Part shown: positions 35,635-47,513 of the stretch, one piece after another
Position numbering within the stretch: position 1 is the first letter of the stretch
Layout: every line of letters starts with the position of its first letter
NCBI RefSeq assembly: GCF_027921745.1
Contig: NC_079240.1
Span: 248,001-312,000 of the forward strand
Direction: 5' to 3'
Source of the DNA: Schizosaccharomyces osmophilus
Lineage: Eukaryota
DNA length: 64,000 nt
Notes under the pieces: model-generated
What the model was told of the DNA's origin: nothing
The model's database searches: none
The model's input: the letters and a program-made list of their open reading frames with translations, nothing else
Made by a program: the position numbers and the translations under genes

Positions 35635-37421
35635 ATGAAACAATGTGAAGGCCATATTGACGATGCTGAGAAGGATAAAGTTATCTTTGATGTACTGGAA
35701 GAAAATCAAGAAGTAGATGATGAAGCTACCTTGAAACGGCGCTTGGCTGGACCTTCAGTGCTGAAATCCGGTCAAGAGAGTGTGAATCAGGAAAAAATAA
35801 ATGAAATTATTTATGCGGCTTCTAAAGGAAGTAAGTATTTTGAGGCAGAACAGAAAAGAGACCTTGAACTTCGAAATAGAATTGAGCGTGTACAAAAGGA
35901 GGTAAAAGAATATTATCGTAAACTTGAATGCGATAAGGCTTTTCAAAGGGAATGGGCTGAACGGACTGATGAGATTGACAGCTATATGGAAGAACTCCGA
36001 TCTAGTCGTGATTTAAGTCAAGTAATTGTGCATGTAGATTGCGACGCATTCTATGCATCTATTGAAGAATTGAGAAACGAAAATCTAAAGAATGTTCCAA
36101 TGGCCGTTGGCAAAGGTGTTTTATGTAAGATATACTTCAGGAAATCGAATTCAAGCAGCATAGCTAACTGCACAGGTACTGCAAACTATATGGCTAGAAA
36201 GTTTGGTGTGCGATCAGCCATGCCGGAATTCATTGCAAGAAAATTGTGCCCAGAGCTAGTCGTTATTCCTCTGAACATTCCAGAGTATGCAAAAAAATCG
36301 AAGGAAATACAGGATGTACTGGCGCAGTATGATCCGAATCTTTGCCCGGCTAGTATCGATGAAGTTTACATGAATTTAACTCCGTACATGGATCGACAGG
36401 AATTTACTAAGGATGAGGATACTATGCAGAAAGTCGTTATGGAAATAAGAAATAATGTGTTGGAAGCTACTGGTGTCAGTGTCAGTTGCGGAATTGCTGT
36501 TAACAAGTTACTTGCTAAAATAGCTAGTAACATGAAGAAGCCGAATGATCAATTTATTGTTTCAAATGAAGCAGAAGTGATTGAAAAATTTGTGTCTGAA
36601 TTACCAACAAGAAGGGTAAGATCACGTTTCTAAATAATCTGATAAGATTGCTTTTTTACTAACCTAACAAGATTAATGGAATCGGCAGAGTATTGGAACA
36701 GGAGCTTCTCGGGCTAGATATAAAAACCTGTGGTGACATAATACATAATAGGACTATCTTGTCATATATTTTTAAAGAGAAAACTTCTCAAAATTTGATA
36801 CAATGCAGCTTGGGAATTGGATCCACCATTGTCGAAGATTTTGGCGACAGCAACAGAAAAAGTATCGGTTGTGAAATAACATTTTCAAATGCTATCACTT
36901 CTGGAGGTCTCCTGGAAAGTAAGCTACAATCCTTGTGTCAAAGTTTAGCAGATGATTTATTGAAACGAGATTTAATTGCGAATTCTATGTCAATAAAGAT
37001 AAAGACCGATACCTTTCAAGTACATACAAGACAGAAAAACTTACGAGGATACATCTACAATGACACAGATCTTTTTTGCGAAGCTCTGAAACTACTGAGG
37101 ATGGAATATCCATTACGATTACGGCTTTTGGGTGTTCGACTTAGCAAGTTGACCACCAAGTCAAGCTACTTTGCTTCTCAGATTGTACGTTAAACATGCA
37201 TATTTTTGAAATGTTTTCTAACGCTCCAGAAATTTTCAAAACAAAACAGTGTCCCGTGTCCTGTATGTCACAAGAATCTGGAAGATGATTTAGCGGCTGT
37301 AAATCAGCATATTGATCTTTGCCTAAATACGGAAACTGTAAAGACGGTGATTAATAATGAAAAGAAAGAATTGCCTCTCAAAAGAAAGCGAAACACTATA
37401 GATGTCTTCTTCAGACATTAG
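35635..37421 (+). CDS. kpa1: DinB/Y-family DNA polymerase kappa; exons 35635-36124, 36176-36615, 36672-37184, 37230-37421
   Basis: HVDCDAFYAS, TANY-AR-FGVRSAMP, SIDE, INGIG, UBZ zinc finger CPVC..HIDLC and a PIP-like C-terminus IDVFF. Confidence 0.92.
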
Positions 37422-37638
37422 TTTCCATATCAAAAGACCTCGGTATAGTATTGAATATTTTGGATACAGTATGGACGAAGAAGGTACATTGAATAAAAAG
37501 AAGTCAAAATTTATTTACGTTCACAATAGATAAATAGAGTCGCTTATCCATTGGATTTCGAACATACTGAGAACCAGATTCGTAATAAATTCATGAAAAA
37601 CAAAGATATTTAAAGGTCGTTCTCTTAAAGCATCATTA

Positions 37639-38623
37639 TTACAAAAGCTTTGCGCTGACGGCAAATGCAACGAATATAAAAACACTATACCTTATAAGTT
37701 GGAAGATAGTCAAAGATGTCCAGTAAAAGAACAAAAGACCTTCAGCAGCAGCAAGCGAAACGAAGAAAAGAAGGTGACCCAATGAAGAAGAAGAGACAGA
37801 ATATACGGATGTCTTTCCAGTGAATTGCATCCAAACGCCAAGAAGAGCAACGAAAACAGCAGCCACGGCAACAGAGAATACAAGACTCAAAAAACTATTG
37901 GCAGCTTTTGGAGGAGCAGCAAATGTATGAAGAATGGTAGGTTTAGGAGAGGTTTCTGCTTCGATGGATGATTCAGCTTGGAAAGCAGGAAGGGAACCAG
38001 AGTCAAAGACCAGAGAACCTAAAGAAATGGAAGAAGGAGCGGCATCACCGAAAGAACCGATCATTAGAGTAGTCAAAAGACCGTGTTCACTTTGGATCAA
38101 CTCGGAGGGTAATTCAGACAAAGGCTAAATGTTTGTTAGTTATCAATTTTAATCGAAGAACGAGTGATTTAAGTCGTTTAAAGAGCGGATTCAATCACCA
38201 CTACCTCTGCGAATGAGGCTTTTCTTTCAAGGCACATACTAATTTCAAGACTGCATCTCCCTTTGCGTTCACCTGGGCGGGGTAAACAATTGAAGCACTA
38301 GGTTTCTTTTTGTCGCTAATTAATATATGGGCTTGATGAGGGACAGAAACTTCATCATCAATGGCACAGGTAAATTGTACAAGCAGTGTATCCTCTAGAG
38401 ACGAGTCTAACTCAACAAAAGTATTTAAATCATCAAATCTAAATAAAAACAGATTAGAATGTGTGTCCAAAAGCAGCTTCTCAAGCACTTACCTATTCGT
38501 CGAACCTGTCTTTATGGAGCCGGTAGGGCTGAGGAGTTTGACGACACCCTCCTTAGCATTCCATGAGCTGCAAAGAACACCTACGACTAGGCATAACAAA
38601 GAAACGAATGAAATTACCCTCAT
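37639..38623 (-). CDS. swp1: Oligosaccharyltransferase delta subunit (Swp1/ribophorin II); exons 38623-38493, 38438-38240, 38124-37639
   Basis: Signal peptide, PHQAHI, PKPTILHTF and three C-terminal TM helices ending FFYWTSLTIFQ. Both introns are canonical and in frame. Confidence 0.88.
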
Positions 38624-38908
38624 TTGTGTATCCTGGGGATTTGTAGTGGGTAAAATGAAGCCGAATCTACTTTCTGCTTCAAGCATATTTAGCGAGGTCA
38701 AGTGTATATCACTATAGATGTTATGGCACTCCACCTTACAATTTTGAAGGTATTGGACTTTCTTTCATTGCTAAACTATTCAACACGCGAGAAACCAACT
38801 TTGTAGCTCAGCTTTGCTGAATTCGTTCCAAAGGACCTTTTTGTTTTTCTTCCTGTACTTTTTTTTGACCTTTAAGCTTTCTTCTCTTGTGGATTCGTGG
38901 TTTTCTCA

Positions 38909-39367
38909 ATGCAATTGCACTTTGTATTTTCACACTTGCAGAACTCATTCCGTGCTGGAAAAGCAATGGCATGCGTTCCCAACTGCAGGAGTGTTTTAGA
39001 GCTTAGTGCTGCTTTATATCATCAGGGATTCATCAGCTCAATTCAACGTGGTCATCTTCAGGGACCAGACTTGGTGCCCACGCCGACCACTAGAAGCAAC
39101 GTTGCGGAAAGGAGGCTGTGGTTGTCTTTGAAGTATTATGAAGGAAAACCTGTTATGCAATATATTCGAGGAGTATCCAAGCCGAGTCGTAAAGTATACA
39201 TGACCCCAAGCGAACTTATAAACTTTTCCAAAGGAAGAACAGTCAGTTTTGTTCGTGGACTCGAGCCTGCTGAGGCAGCTGTTGTGGAAACGAAGAAGGG
39301 AATTATGGGAGTAGAGGACGCTATTCGTGAACAACTGGGTGGAAGTGTCTTGTGTCGCATGAAGTAA
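38909..39367 (+). CDS. mrps8: Mitochondrial ribosomal protein uS8m
   Basis: SHLQN, LYHQGFIS, RRLWLSLKY, SKPSRK, TKKGIM and LGGSVLCR. Confidence 0.9.
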   Translation: MQLHFVFSHLQNSFRAGKAMACVPNCRSVLELSAALYHQGFISSIQRGHLQGPDLVPTPTTRSNVAERRLWLSLKYYEGKPVMQYIRGVSKPSRKVYMTPSELINFSKGRTVSFVRGLEPAEAAVVETKKGIMGVEDAIREQLGGSVLCRMK

Positions 39368-39848
39368 AATCCATCTTGAACCAAAAAAGTAGAAGGTTCC
39401 ATTCTTGCTTGCTTTTTCTTCTTCCCTTCCTTTTGAATTACCCTAGATGATGCTTTTACCCATGTGAATTTTTAAAATGAATTCTTTGTTGTCACAATGG
39501 AATCAAAAGCTCCAACCTTTCTTTCTATATTTTTTTGTACACGCTCCTCTCTGTTGAACAACATTTCCCACCAAGCATATATATATTATTATTTTGCTCC
39601 TAAAAACTATACCATTTTCCTTCTATGAACCGATTAATAATAGGAAGTGCTTGGCTTGCAATCGATTTTATTACGTTCTTTTTTCCTATACCTCGAGTAA
39701 TCAAACAACAGTAGAGGTGCATATCCATACACCTTCAATGAAAATCAGTCTTTTTTATGTTTTCTTACTTTACCATAATTCTTGTAGATTCATTCCAGTA
39801 CTTACTAAAGGGTATAAAATAATACTATAGCTTTTACTTTTCAATAAA

Positions 39849-39921
39849 GTCGCGGTGGTGTAGTTGGGAGCATGACAGACTGAAGATCTGTTGGTCACTG
39901 GTTCGATCCCGGTTCGTGACA
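39849..39921 (+). tRNA. tRNA-Phe (GAA), intronless
   Basis: 73 nt; acceptor stem GTCGCGG/TCGTGAC, anticodon arm ACAGA-CTGAAGA-TCTGT, T-loop TTCGATC. Confidence 0.97.
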
Positions 39922-39922
39922 C

Positions 39923-39929
39923 TTTTTTT
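39923..39929 (+). terminator. RNA polymerase III terminator (T7 run)
   Basis: Poly-T directly after the tRNA 3' end. Confidence 0.8.
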
Positions 39930-40326
39930 GTTTTTCTTGAAACAGCTTTACTCTCCATTTTCCATAAATGTAGGCCACTGATTTCATCTCTAAATGCTTG
40001 TTATAAAGCAGGGACCCGGACTCGTCCATACCAGTTACTGAGATAGCCCATTTATCTTCAGGTTTCGTTTTGTGTTCATTAGTAAAATTATATTCTTGAT
40101 GGTATTTCTAGAGGAAGTTTTTTTCTTTTATCGTCCCAGGTCTTTCTTCATACTTTCAACTCCCAAGTCAAACAAGTCACCTTTCACTCTCACGAACTCA
40201 TTACATCGTAAAATCTGAATTTGGCTCTTATATTTTATTGCTGAAACCCAAATTTATTTTGTGAACCATTTTTACCTTCATTTATTCATACATCGGTCTT
40301 GTCGAATTTGCATACTGTACGAAAGC

Positions 40327-41016
40327 ATGGAGGTTGAATTTCAACAGTTCCAGCGTGTGCTTCAAGAGCAGCAAGATAAACGAGAAAGGATTATTAGAAT
40401 CTCTCGGGAAATCACAATTCAAAGTAAACGGATGATTTTTCTACTACATCAAGCATCGTCGACTGAATTTCCTTTACCATTGGAATTTGACAAAACGAAA
40501 CAGCATAAACAAAATATTCAAAAACAATTAGGGTTGTTAAAGCAAGAACTGGATACTCCTGATGCTGAGCGATATGCTGCATCTTGTTCTCCTGGTATCC
40601 AAGAATTTGTTGAAGCTTATGCATTTGAATATTGGCTGCAACGTCAGTCTCTTATACACCCAAAAGATCCCAAGTTCCAGACTGATCTTCAATCCTTTGA
40701 TTATGTCTTGGGACTTTGCGATATGACTGGCGAAATCATGCGTTTCCTTATAACTCACGGGTCCAAGTTCGCTATGGAAGACGTTCTTTCACATGTTCAG
40801 TTTCTTCGTGAGCTGAATTTGGAATGCACGAAATTAAAAAATTTGAGCCGCCGTTCCCAAAATGAATTAAAGCAAAAATTTGGTGTCATGGATAGCAGCA
40901 TTTCAAAAGTAGAGAGTATATGTTACAGCAAAATCCTCAGAATGTCTGACCAAACATCCGTGAAAAGGGACACAGAAAATCTAGCTTCCAAACAAAAAAA
41001 GCTTCGTATTCACTAG
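40327..41016 (+). CDS. tfx1: Translin-associated factor X (TRAX)
   Basis: RERIIRISREIT..SKRMIFLLH, with catalytic-type QEFVEA and DMTGEIMR. Confidence 0.9.
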   Translation: MEVEFQQFQRVLQEQQDKRERIIRISREITIQSKRMIFLLHQASSTEFPLPLEFDKTKQHKQNIQKQLGLLKQELDTPDAERYAASCSPGIQEFVEAYAFEYWLQRQSLIHPKDPKFQTDLQSFDYVLGLCDMTGEIMRFLITHGSKFAMEDVLSHVQFLRELNLECTKLKNLSRRSQNELKQKFGVMDSSISKVESICYSKILRMSDQTSVKRDTENLASKQKKLRIH

Positions 41017-41213
41017 GTTTGCGACGAGTAACATCATTTTGATGGTGAAAGTGTACAATAGATTAATTGAGACAACTAAACATATTTTCATTGTCCCCAA
41101 GATCTATGAGTTATTAATTAAGAACTATACTATTTAAAGAGCGAAATAAATATGAAAACTTAAAAGACAAAAAGAAATAATTGGAAGGAGTATTGGATTT
41201 TTACTCATAAACT

Positions 41214-43105
41214 TCATTCTCCAAGGGGAGGCCTCGGAGAAAGACTTATGTCGTGTCCTCCTGAAACAATAGTACCATCTGGAAAAACAAACACAAGAGG
41301 AAGAACATTGCAGGTCATTGCCTCTGTGAAAATGTGGGTCAAATCAACCAATATTGTGACACACCTAGACATTTTTTTTTCTGTTCCGTCTAAGATCGTG
41401 TAGCTCAAAGGCCCTAACTTGCCTAGCCAAATTTGCAAATTTGGAGACAATCCAGCTATACTTAACTGCAAAGACTTTTTGCTGGGCAAATAAACAGGTG
41501 GAGCTTCTACGTATGGCAAATCTAGGTGTCGGAGCGTAGACTGACTTTGTAGTGGCCTTATGATTGAACAATCACATTCTGAAATTCCAACAATAGTCCA
41601 ACAAACAGAGTCGCGAATTTTCAGTATTTCGTCGTTAAAGGTCTCTATTGGTTCCCATTCAACCGGTACAACAGCTTCATTAGGTAAGTTTTTACATTGG
41701 GCGGAAGTTGCACCTAAAAACCATCGAGGTTGCGTGTGATCAGCCTGCATAAAGCCACTTCTTGCATTTCTATATCCCAGTGCCAAATTTGCTGAAAATG
41801 AAGCTGAACTTTCTAAAACAATGCGGTGCATTTGATTAACATATCCATCGTCTTGAGCAATCCCATCTTTTTCCACCCGGCGGATAATTAAAGGGTCACT
41901 CATTATCTTTGAAGATTCATCTTGTAACTGAACCACGGAACCGTACCTGATCGGAACTGCTTCTAAAGAACTCTTCAGCATCCCTTCTACACTACTCTCC
42001 GGTGATGAAGATATCAAATGAATGCGTAAAGGCGCCCAGCCGTCGCTCCTCAGACAGAAATTTCCATTCTCTAATGTCGTGTATTTAGTACGAACGGTTT
42101 GTGAGTTTATTCGATTGTAGAGGTTTATGATAGATCCGGAGCGCAATGTTATGTGGCTCACCTTTATTTTTGTGCCCTTTTTAGCAGGTTTCGAAACAAC
42201 GTCTATAGGGGAAGTTACCAAGTGTGATATTCTTTGGTCCGTAATTGTCGAAAATAAATCAATGGAAAGTTTTAGGTTTCTGGACTTTGCAGCTGCTAGA
42301 CTAGATACATGCAAAGATCGAAAAACCATATAACGTTGATTGTTGTACACTTCGCTGATTGTTTGTGAATACTGACCTTCTTCATTAATGATAGAAATCT
42401 CAACTCGAAAGGATATGCCAAGCAAATTTTGGAAGGGACCTTCTATCATTAAAATAGGAGGAGGGCAAAGAAATCTCTTTTCTGATCCATACGATTTTTG
42501 GATGACAGATGCATGTCTGCATGTGATTATTATCAATTGGCTGTTAACTTCCTTGCTAGCTTCATTTAACCAAAGGTCAGTCCTTTGGTTTAGTCTGTTG
42601 TGGCAAAGCAAATCAAAATTTTTACCTATTAAGTCCTGTGTAGAGCCTTTAGAAACAATTTCATCATCAATATTTTTTCGTTTCCTGCTTTGCTCATTCA
42701 TTGGAATACCAGGAAGACTATCAAAAACATGGCTCTTCGGATCATCTTCTAGTTTTGCTAGCATATGAGAAGAATCCGTTTCAGTTTTTTCGACATTTGT
42801 AAGCGCTGAATTCACGGCACTAAATAAAGAAAGAACTTGAATTGGCACTGCTTCTGAGTTTACATTCTGGTTGATATTTTGGTCAAAGTCAAAATCACCG
42901 CGAAGAATAAGCTCATCCTTTAAATTTTCAACTGGTTAGTTGTGTTAGTCGTATTGTTTCCAAATGCAGAATGAATTCTCACACTGTTGACATCAATCTT
43001 TGACAAACAATCAGCCTAAATACACGTACTTTTGATACTGTCCAAGGAGAAAGGATCAGTTTCATTAGATTTTTGAACATTCCAGCCGTCAAAGCCTGCC
43101 ATCAT
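41214..43105 (-). CDS. cbf11: CSL (CBF1/Su(H)/LAG-1) transcription factor; exons 43105-43030, 42931-41214
   Basis: QKSYGSEKRFLCPPP, SKPAKK, LYNRINSQTVRTKY and WTIVG. The upstream exon joins via GTACGT..CTAAC..CAG. Confidence 0.92.
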
Positions 43106-43496
43106 ACACTTTGTTTTGGCAGTTCAAGCCGAGTCAATTATTTTTTTGTTTAGACCTCCCTATACAGCATGCACACTTTCATATAAGTAATTTTTCTATA
43201 AAATTTTTAAAATAATTAATGAACTTCTATGCGAAAGAGCGAATGGCTTGCTATGAAAAAGCAAGTGAATGTAGTAGTTTGTAGGCAATTTACAAATTAC
43301 CCAACTGAACCTTTCCTTTCACCAACTACTCCCACTAACAAAAAGCAATTGGAAGCAAATATTGACGATTTATTTATTTTTTTTTTGGAAAAAATATAGG
43401 AAAAGACAGTTGTTAATCTTTGGTCTCTATTCTCAAGCATTTGATTTTTAGAATACGCAGTTTAAGTAATTACAAGGCCATTGGAATTTGTGGACG

Positions 43497-45639
43497 ATGG
43501 ACAGTGAAGAGATACTTTCTATACAATATGATCAAGATGTATACTACAAAATAGATGAAATTTCTAGGCACATTACCCAAACGATAGACTTCTGTAAACA
43601 AAAAGCTGGCGAACTGAAGTCTCAGGGTGATTCTTACTCTCATGTTAAGTGTATGTATTTATTACGTTTATTTATTTTTTTGATATTTGAATCTGTTCTA
43701 TTTCTAACCACTGAATCTAGTTTTTGCATACTTAAATGGATTACTAGATCAACGCTCGCACGATCTCCTTTCTACCATAGATAGGAAAAAATCAGACCTT
43801 TTAGTGAGAAACCAAGAAGGATTGCCTATTGTAGACATTCATGAAGAAGTTGATGAAAATGGCAAAATAATACATTCAGATGTAAAGCCTCAAAATATTT
43901 CTTCTGTTACAGACTATGCTGATGTAATACGAAGTATTCCAGGGTTTGATAATTCTAAAGGGACAGCAACAACGCCTTCTAAACCTTCTGCTACTGAACT
44001 ACCAGAAACAAGGATTGAGGAATTGCCAGTCGAAGGGACCGCAGCCAGTGAACCATCAAACCCTGATGTACAAGTAGCCGCAAAGAATGACAGTGAATCC
44101 AGAAATAGAGAAAACACGTCTCAAACTGGGCAGCAATTAAAGCCAGATCGCATAGAAGAGAATTCATCTCCGGCAGTAATTAAAAACATTCATACATCTC
44201 AAAAGGTGGAAAAGAAACCTGAAAATAAGCGAGATGGACAGAAAAATAAATCTGTTTTCAAAAAAGGGTTTCTTTCTAATGCCAAAAGCGAATCTCGAGA
44301 TCATTCCAAAAAGGCCAAAGAAGAAGAATTGAAGAAACAGAGCCAATCTGAAGAAAAGAAGCGGATAGACGTTACTGACAATAATGCCGTTATGGAAAAT
44401 GTGATGGAAAAGCCTCCCCAAGAATTGAAGAACCAAAAACAGTTGGATTCGGAGTCATCTACGAATTCGAAACCACCAAAAAAACTATCAAAATTTAAAG
44501 AAGCAAAACTTCAAAAAGTTTCCCAGAAAAAACAATCTTATTCGGGTAATGCAACGAACGAATCCATAGAATTTACTAAAGATGGTGCATATTCTTCCGA
44601 GTCTACTAAAAAGTCCGACATCCCACACATTAAAGAGGGACCGAAGGAAATAAATGGTTCCTTAAATCAAGCTTCAACGTCTACTGAAAGCGACACTGCC
44701 ACAGATCTTGGCGACCATAATCCGATTATATTACCTGTACCAAGGGATGCCGATGGACAGAGTGTAATGCAGGCCGTCCAATATGATGAACTGAATTCGT
44801 TAGATGACATGGAGCAGCTCCTTCAGGATATGGAGGATGCTGGCGAATTACAATCTGATGCTGAGTCGGGCTCAGAAGAAGACGAGCACGGCATGAGGTT
44901 AAATTTTTCTCGGAACTTAGTACCTCCTTCAAATCCAAATTATTTTGGTGAAAATAACTCAGTAACTTCAAATGGGGATTTTAAATCAAACGAGCATACC
45001 AAGGATAATTTAACCACAGACGAAACGGAACTCTCTGGAAGACATGTGCATTTTGCTGATACATTAGAAATTAAACATGTCAGTCGAAATGGAAAATCAC
45101 GTATTGAAAATGTCCCTACCCCTACAGAAGAATACGACAACATGTTTGAGCCTCAAGAGTATTGCAGTCGCATATCAGCGTTTCGCAAGGATCGAAGTAA
45201 AACGAAAACTCAAGAAAAAGATAAAGGTATAGAATCTCCTAACGAAGTGCGTAAAGAAAACAAAACACCACCTTATCGTGAAAGTGTTTTGGAGCGCTCC
45301 TCATCAGATAATGAAGAAAAACCGTCCATTGTGCAAAACGAAGAAAATATGGTGGAGAAGTATTTGAATGAAACCCCTACTATGAAATCCAACGTCTTTG
45401 AAAGGCAGCCCGCTAGGAGTGTTGAGCAAGCGAAAGAGGATTTTGAGGATCATCAGGATCTCATAAAGGACGGGAGAGAAATTTCCCAACGATACTACGA
45501 ACTTCGCCGAAAGGTACTTAATCCAACATTAGAGGATACTGATGAGGAGGAGGAGGGTGTTGTACCGGTGGACGAGAACGGAAATGAAAAACCCAAGCTG
45601 AGTAGATTTATGGCCGCTCGTTTAGGCGGCAATTTATGA
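43497..45639 (+). CDS. uri1: URI/Bud27 unconventional prefoldin; exons 43497-43650, 43721-45639
   Basis: EGLPIVDIHEEVDENG, acidic middle, HVHF (RVxF-like) and C-terminal SRFMAAR; synteny. Confidence 0.8.
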
Positions 45640-45686
45640 GGAAATTAATAATGAAGACACTTATTTTGGACTTTTGGATATAGAAT

Positions 45687-47513
45687 TTAGATTTTGTTAG
45701 TTATTTCAATATGATATTCTTTTAGTTGATCTTCAGTTACCGTAGAGGGGCTTCCTATCAGTAGATCAGTCCCTGAAGATGTTTTTGGAAATGCGATAAC
45801 TTCTCGTATGCCATTGGACTTTACAAGAAGAGCAACGAGCCGGTCAAATCCTAGTGCTATTCCGCCGTGTGGTGGGCATCCACTTTGTAGAACATTGATC
45901 AGATGATCAAATGTGTCAAGTTGCTGTTGATTAAGCTTCAAAATACGTTCTAAAATGATAGATTGAAGTTTAGGATCGTGTATGCGAATACTTCCGCCTC
46001 CCAGCTCTACTCCATTTACAACCAAATCATAATGGAGAGCTCGAACATTTAAAGGACTGGAAGAGAGATTATGTAAATCTTCAGGATGAGGAGCGGTAAA
46101 GGGATGATGGGTAGATACCAAAGATTCAGAGTTTGTGTCGGCAGGCGAGAAAAGAGGAAAATCAACAATCCACGTAAAGTTTAGAAGATCATCATTCAAG
46201 GGTGGAAGTTGACGCTGCGTTACTAAAAGATCATGTAAAAGAGGTCTAAGCCTACCCAGAGGAGTTGTACCAGATGACATGTACTTAGGGCGATTCGCTA
46301 TAAAAAGTGTCAGCTCTGGAGACAGACCAAGCTTTTCATTGATTTTTTCTAGGTCAAGGGATAGGTGTTTTAGTTGTGGGACCTTTCTAGTCCATCCGGA
46401 TAATTGAGAATTGGAACGAATTGTCACGAAGGACACGTCTTGCCCTATTTGCTCACATAAAGCGCGTGCTTCCGCATTGCTAATTGGTTTCTTCACGTCT
46501 CTTAAGACCAAGACTTCGGTAGAAACTTCAGAATTTGGAAGAAAAGGCGTTAAATTTAGTAACTTTAAATCGTAACGTACGTCTGGTTTGTCAGAACCAT
46601 AGAACTCTATAGCATCAGCATAAGACAATCGAGGAAAGGGAGATGTTATAGGATTTTTCCCCAGTTTTTGTAGAAGTTGGGAAAATAAATTTTCAATTAC
46701 AGTCATAATCTGCCCAGGGGAATTGATAAAGCTCATTTCTAAATCAATTTGGGTAAACTCTGGCTGCCTATCATAACGTAAGTCTTCATCACGAAAACAA
46801 CGAGCTAACTGATAATAGCTTCCAATTCCACTAGCCATCAATATTTGTTTGTATTGCTGAGGGCTTTGGGGCAACGCATAGAATTTCCCCGGTTCTTGTC
46901 GAGAAGGAACTAAAAATTCGCGAGCGCCTTCAGGTGTAGACTTGAAAAGCAGCGGAGTTTCCACTTCCACAAACTCGTTCATGTGAAAAAAATTACGGAC
47001 AATATGTGCTATATGAGATCTTGTCCGGAGATTATGATTATATTTTGGATTTCGAAGTTGGATATGACGATGGGTTAGTTGAACAGGTAAACTGGTATTC
47101 TCATCATTCGGACCAAAAGGAATGAAATGAGCCATATTTAAAACTTCCAAGTTCTCAACTTTTAACTCAAATTCGTTTCCTTGTCTGCGATCTCGTTCAG
47201 GTCGATATTGCAATTTGCCGGTGATGTTCACAACACTTTCTGGCGAAACGGCTTGATAAGCTGTATCATCCAAAGCAGAAGAGACGGGTTTTGCGTTACC
47301 AGCAGATTCCCATATGTTTTCTGCCGACCATTTCTTGGGAACTTGCAAGGGCTCCTGAGAAAATAACTGGAGATATTTGCCTTGCACATCACGAAGCTGG
47401 TTAAACTTAATGGACTTTGAAATGTGTCGGTTTGTATGTACGAGCCAACCAGAAACACTAATCACCTTTCCCACAAGCGGTGCAAGTACATTCGGAATTT
47501 TATGAAACTGCAT
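45687..47513 (-). CDS. dar2: Mitochondrial aspartyl-tRNA synthetase
   Basis: STPEGAREFLVP, ALPQSPQQYKQ, CFRDEDLR, HHPFT and PPHGGIALGFDR. Confidence 0.93.
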   Translation of the reverse strand: MQFHKIPNVLAPLVGKVISVSGWLVHTNRHISKSIKFNQLRDVQGKYLQLFSQEPLQVPKKWSAENIWESAGNAKPVSSALDDTAYQAVSPESVVNITGKLQYRPERDRRQGNEFELKVENLEVLNMAHFIPFGPNDENTSLPVQLTHRHIQLRNPKYNHNLRTRSHIAHIVRNFFHMNEFVEVETPLLFKSTPEGAREFLVPSRQEPGKFYALPQSPQQYKQILMASGIGSYYQLARCFRDEDLRYDRQPEFTQIDLEMSFINSPGQIMTVIENLFSQLLQKLGKNPITSPFPRLSYADAIEFYGSDKPDVRYDLKLLNLTPFLPNSEVSTEVLVLRDVKKPISNAEARALCEQIGQDVSFVTIRSNSQLSGWTRKVPQLKHLSLDLEKINEKLGLSPELTLFIANRPKYMSSGTTPLGRLRPLLHDLLVTQRQLPPLNDDLLNFTWIVDFPLFSPADTNSESLVSTHHPFTAPHPEDLHNLSSSPLNVRALHYDLVVNGVELGGGSIRIHDPKLQSIILERILKLNQQQLDTFDHLINVLQSGCPPHGGIALGFDRLVALLVKSNGIREVIAFPKTSSGTDLLIGSPSTVTEDQLKEYHIEITNKI

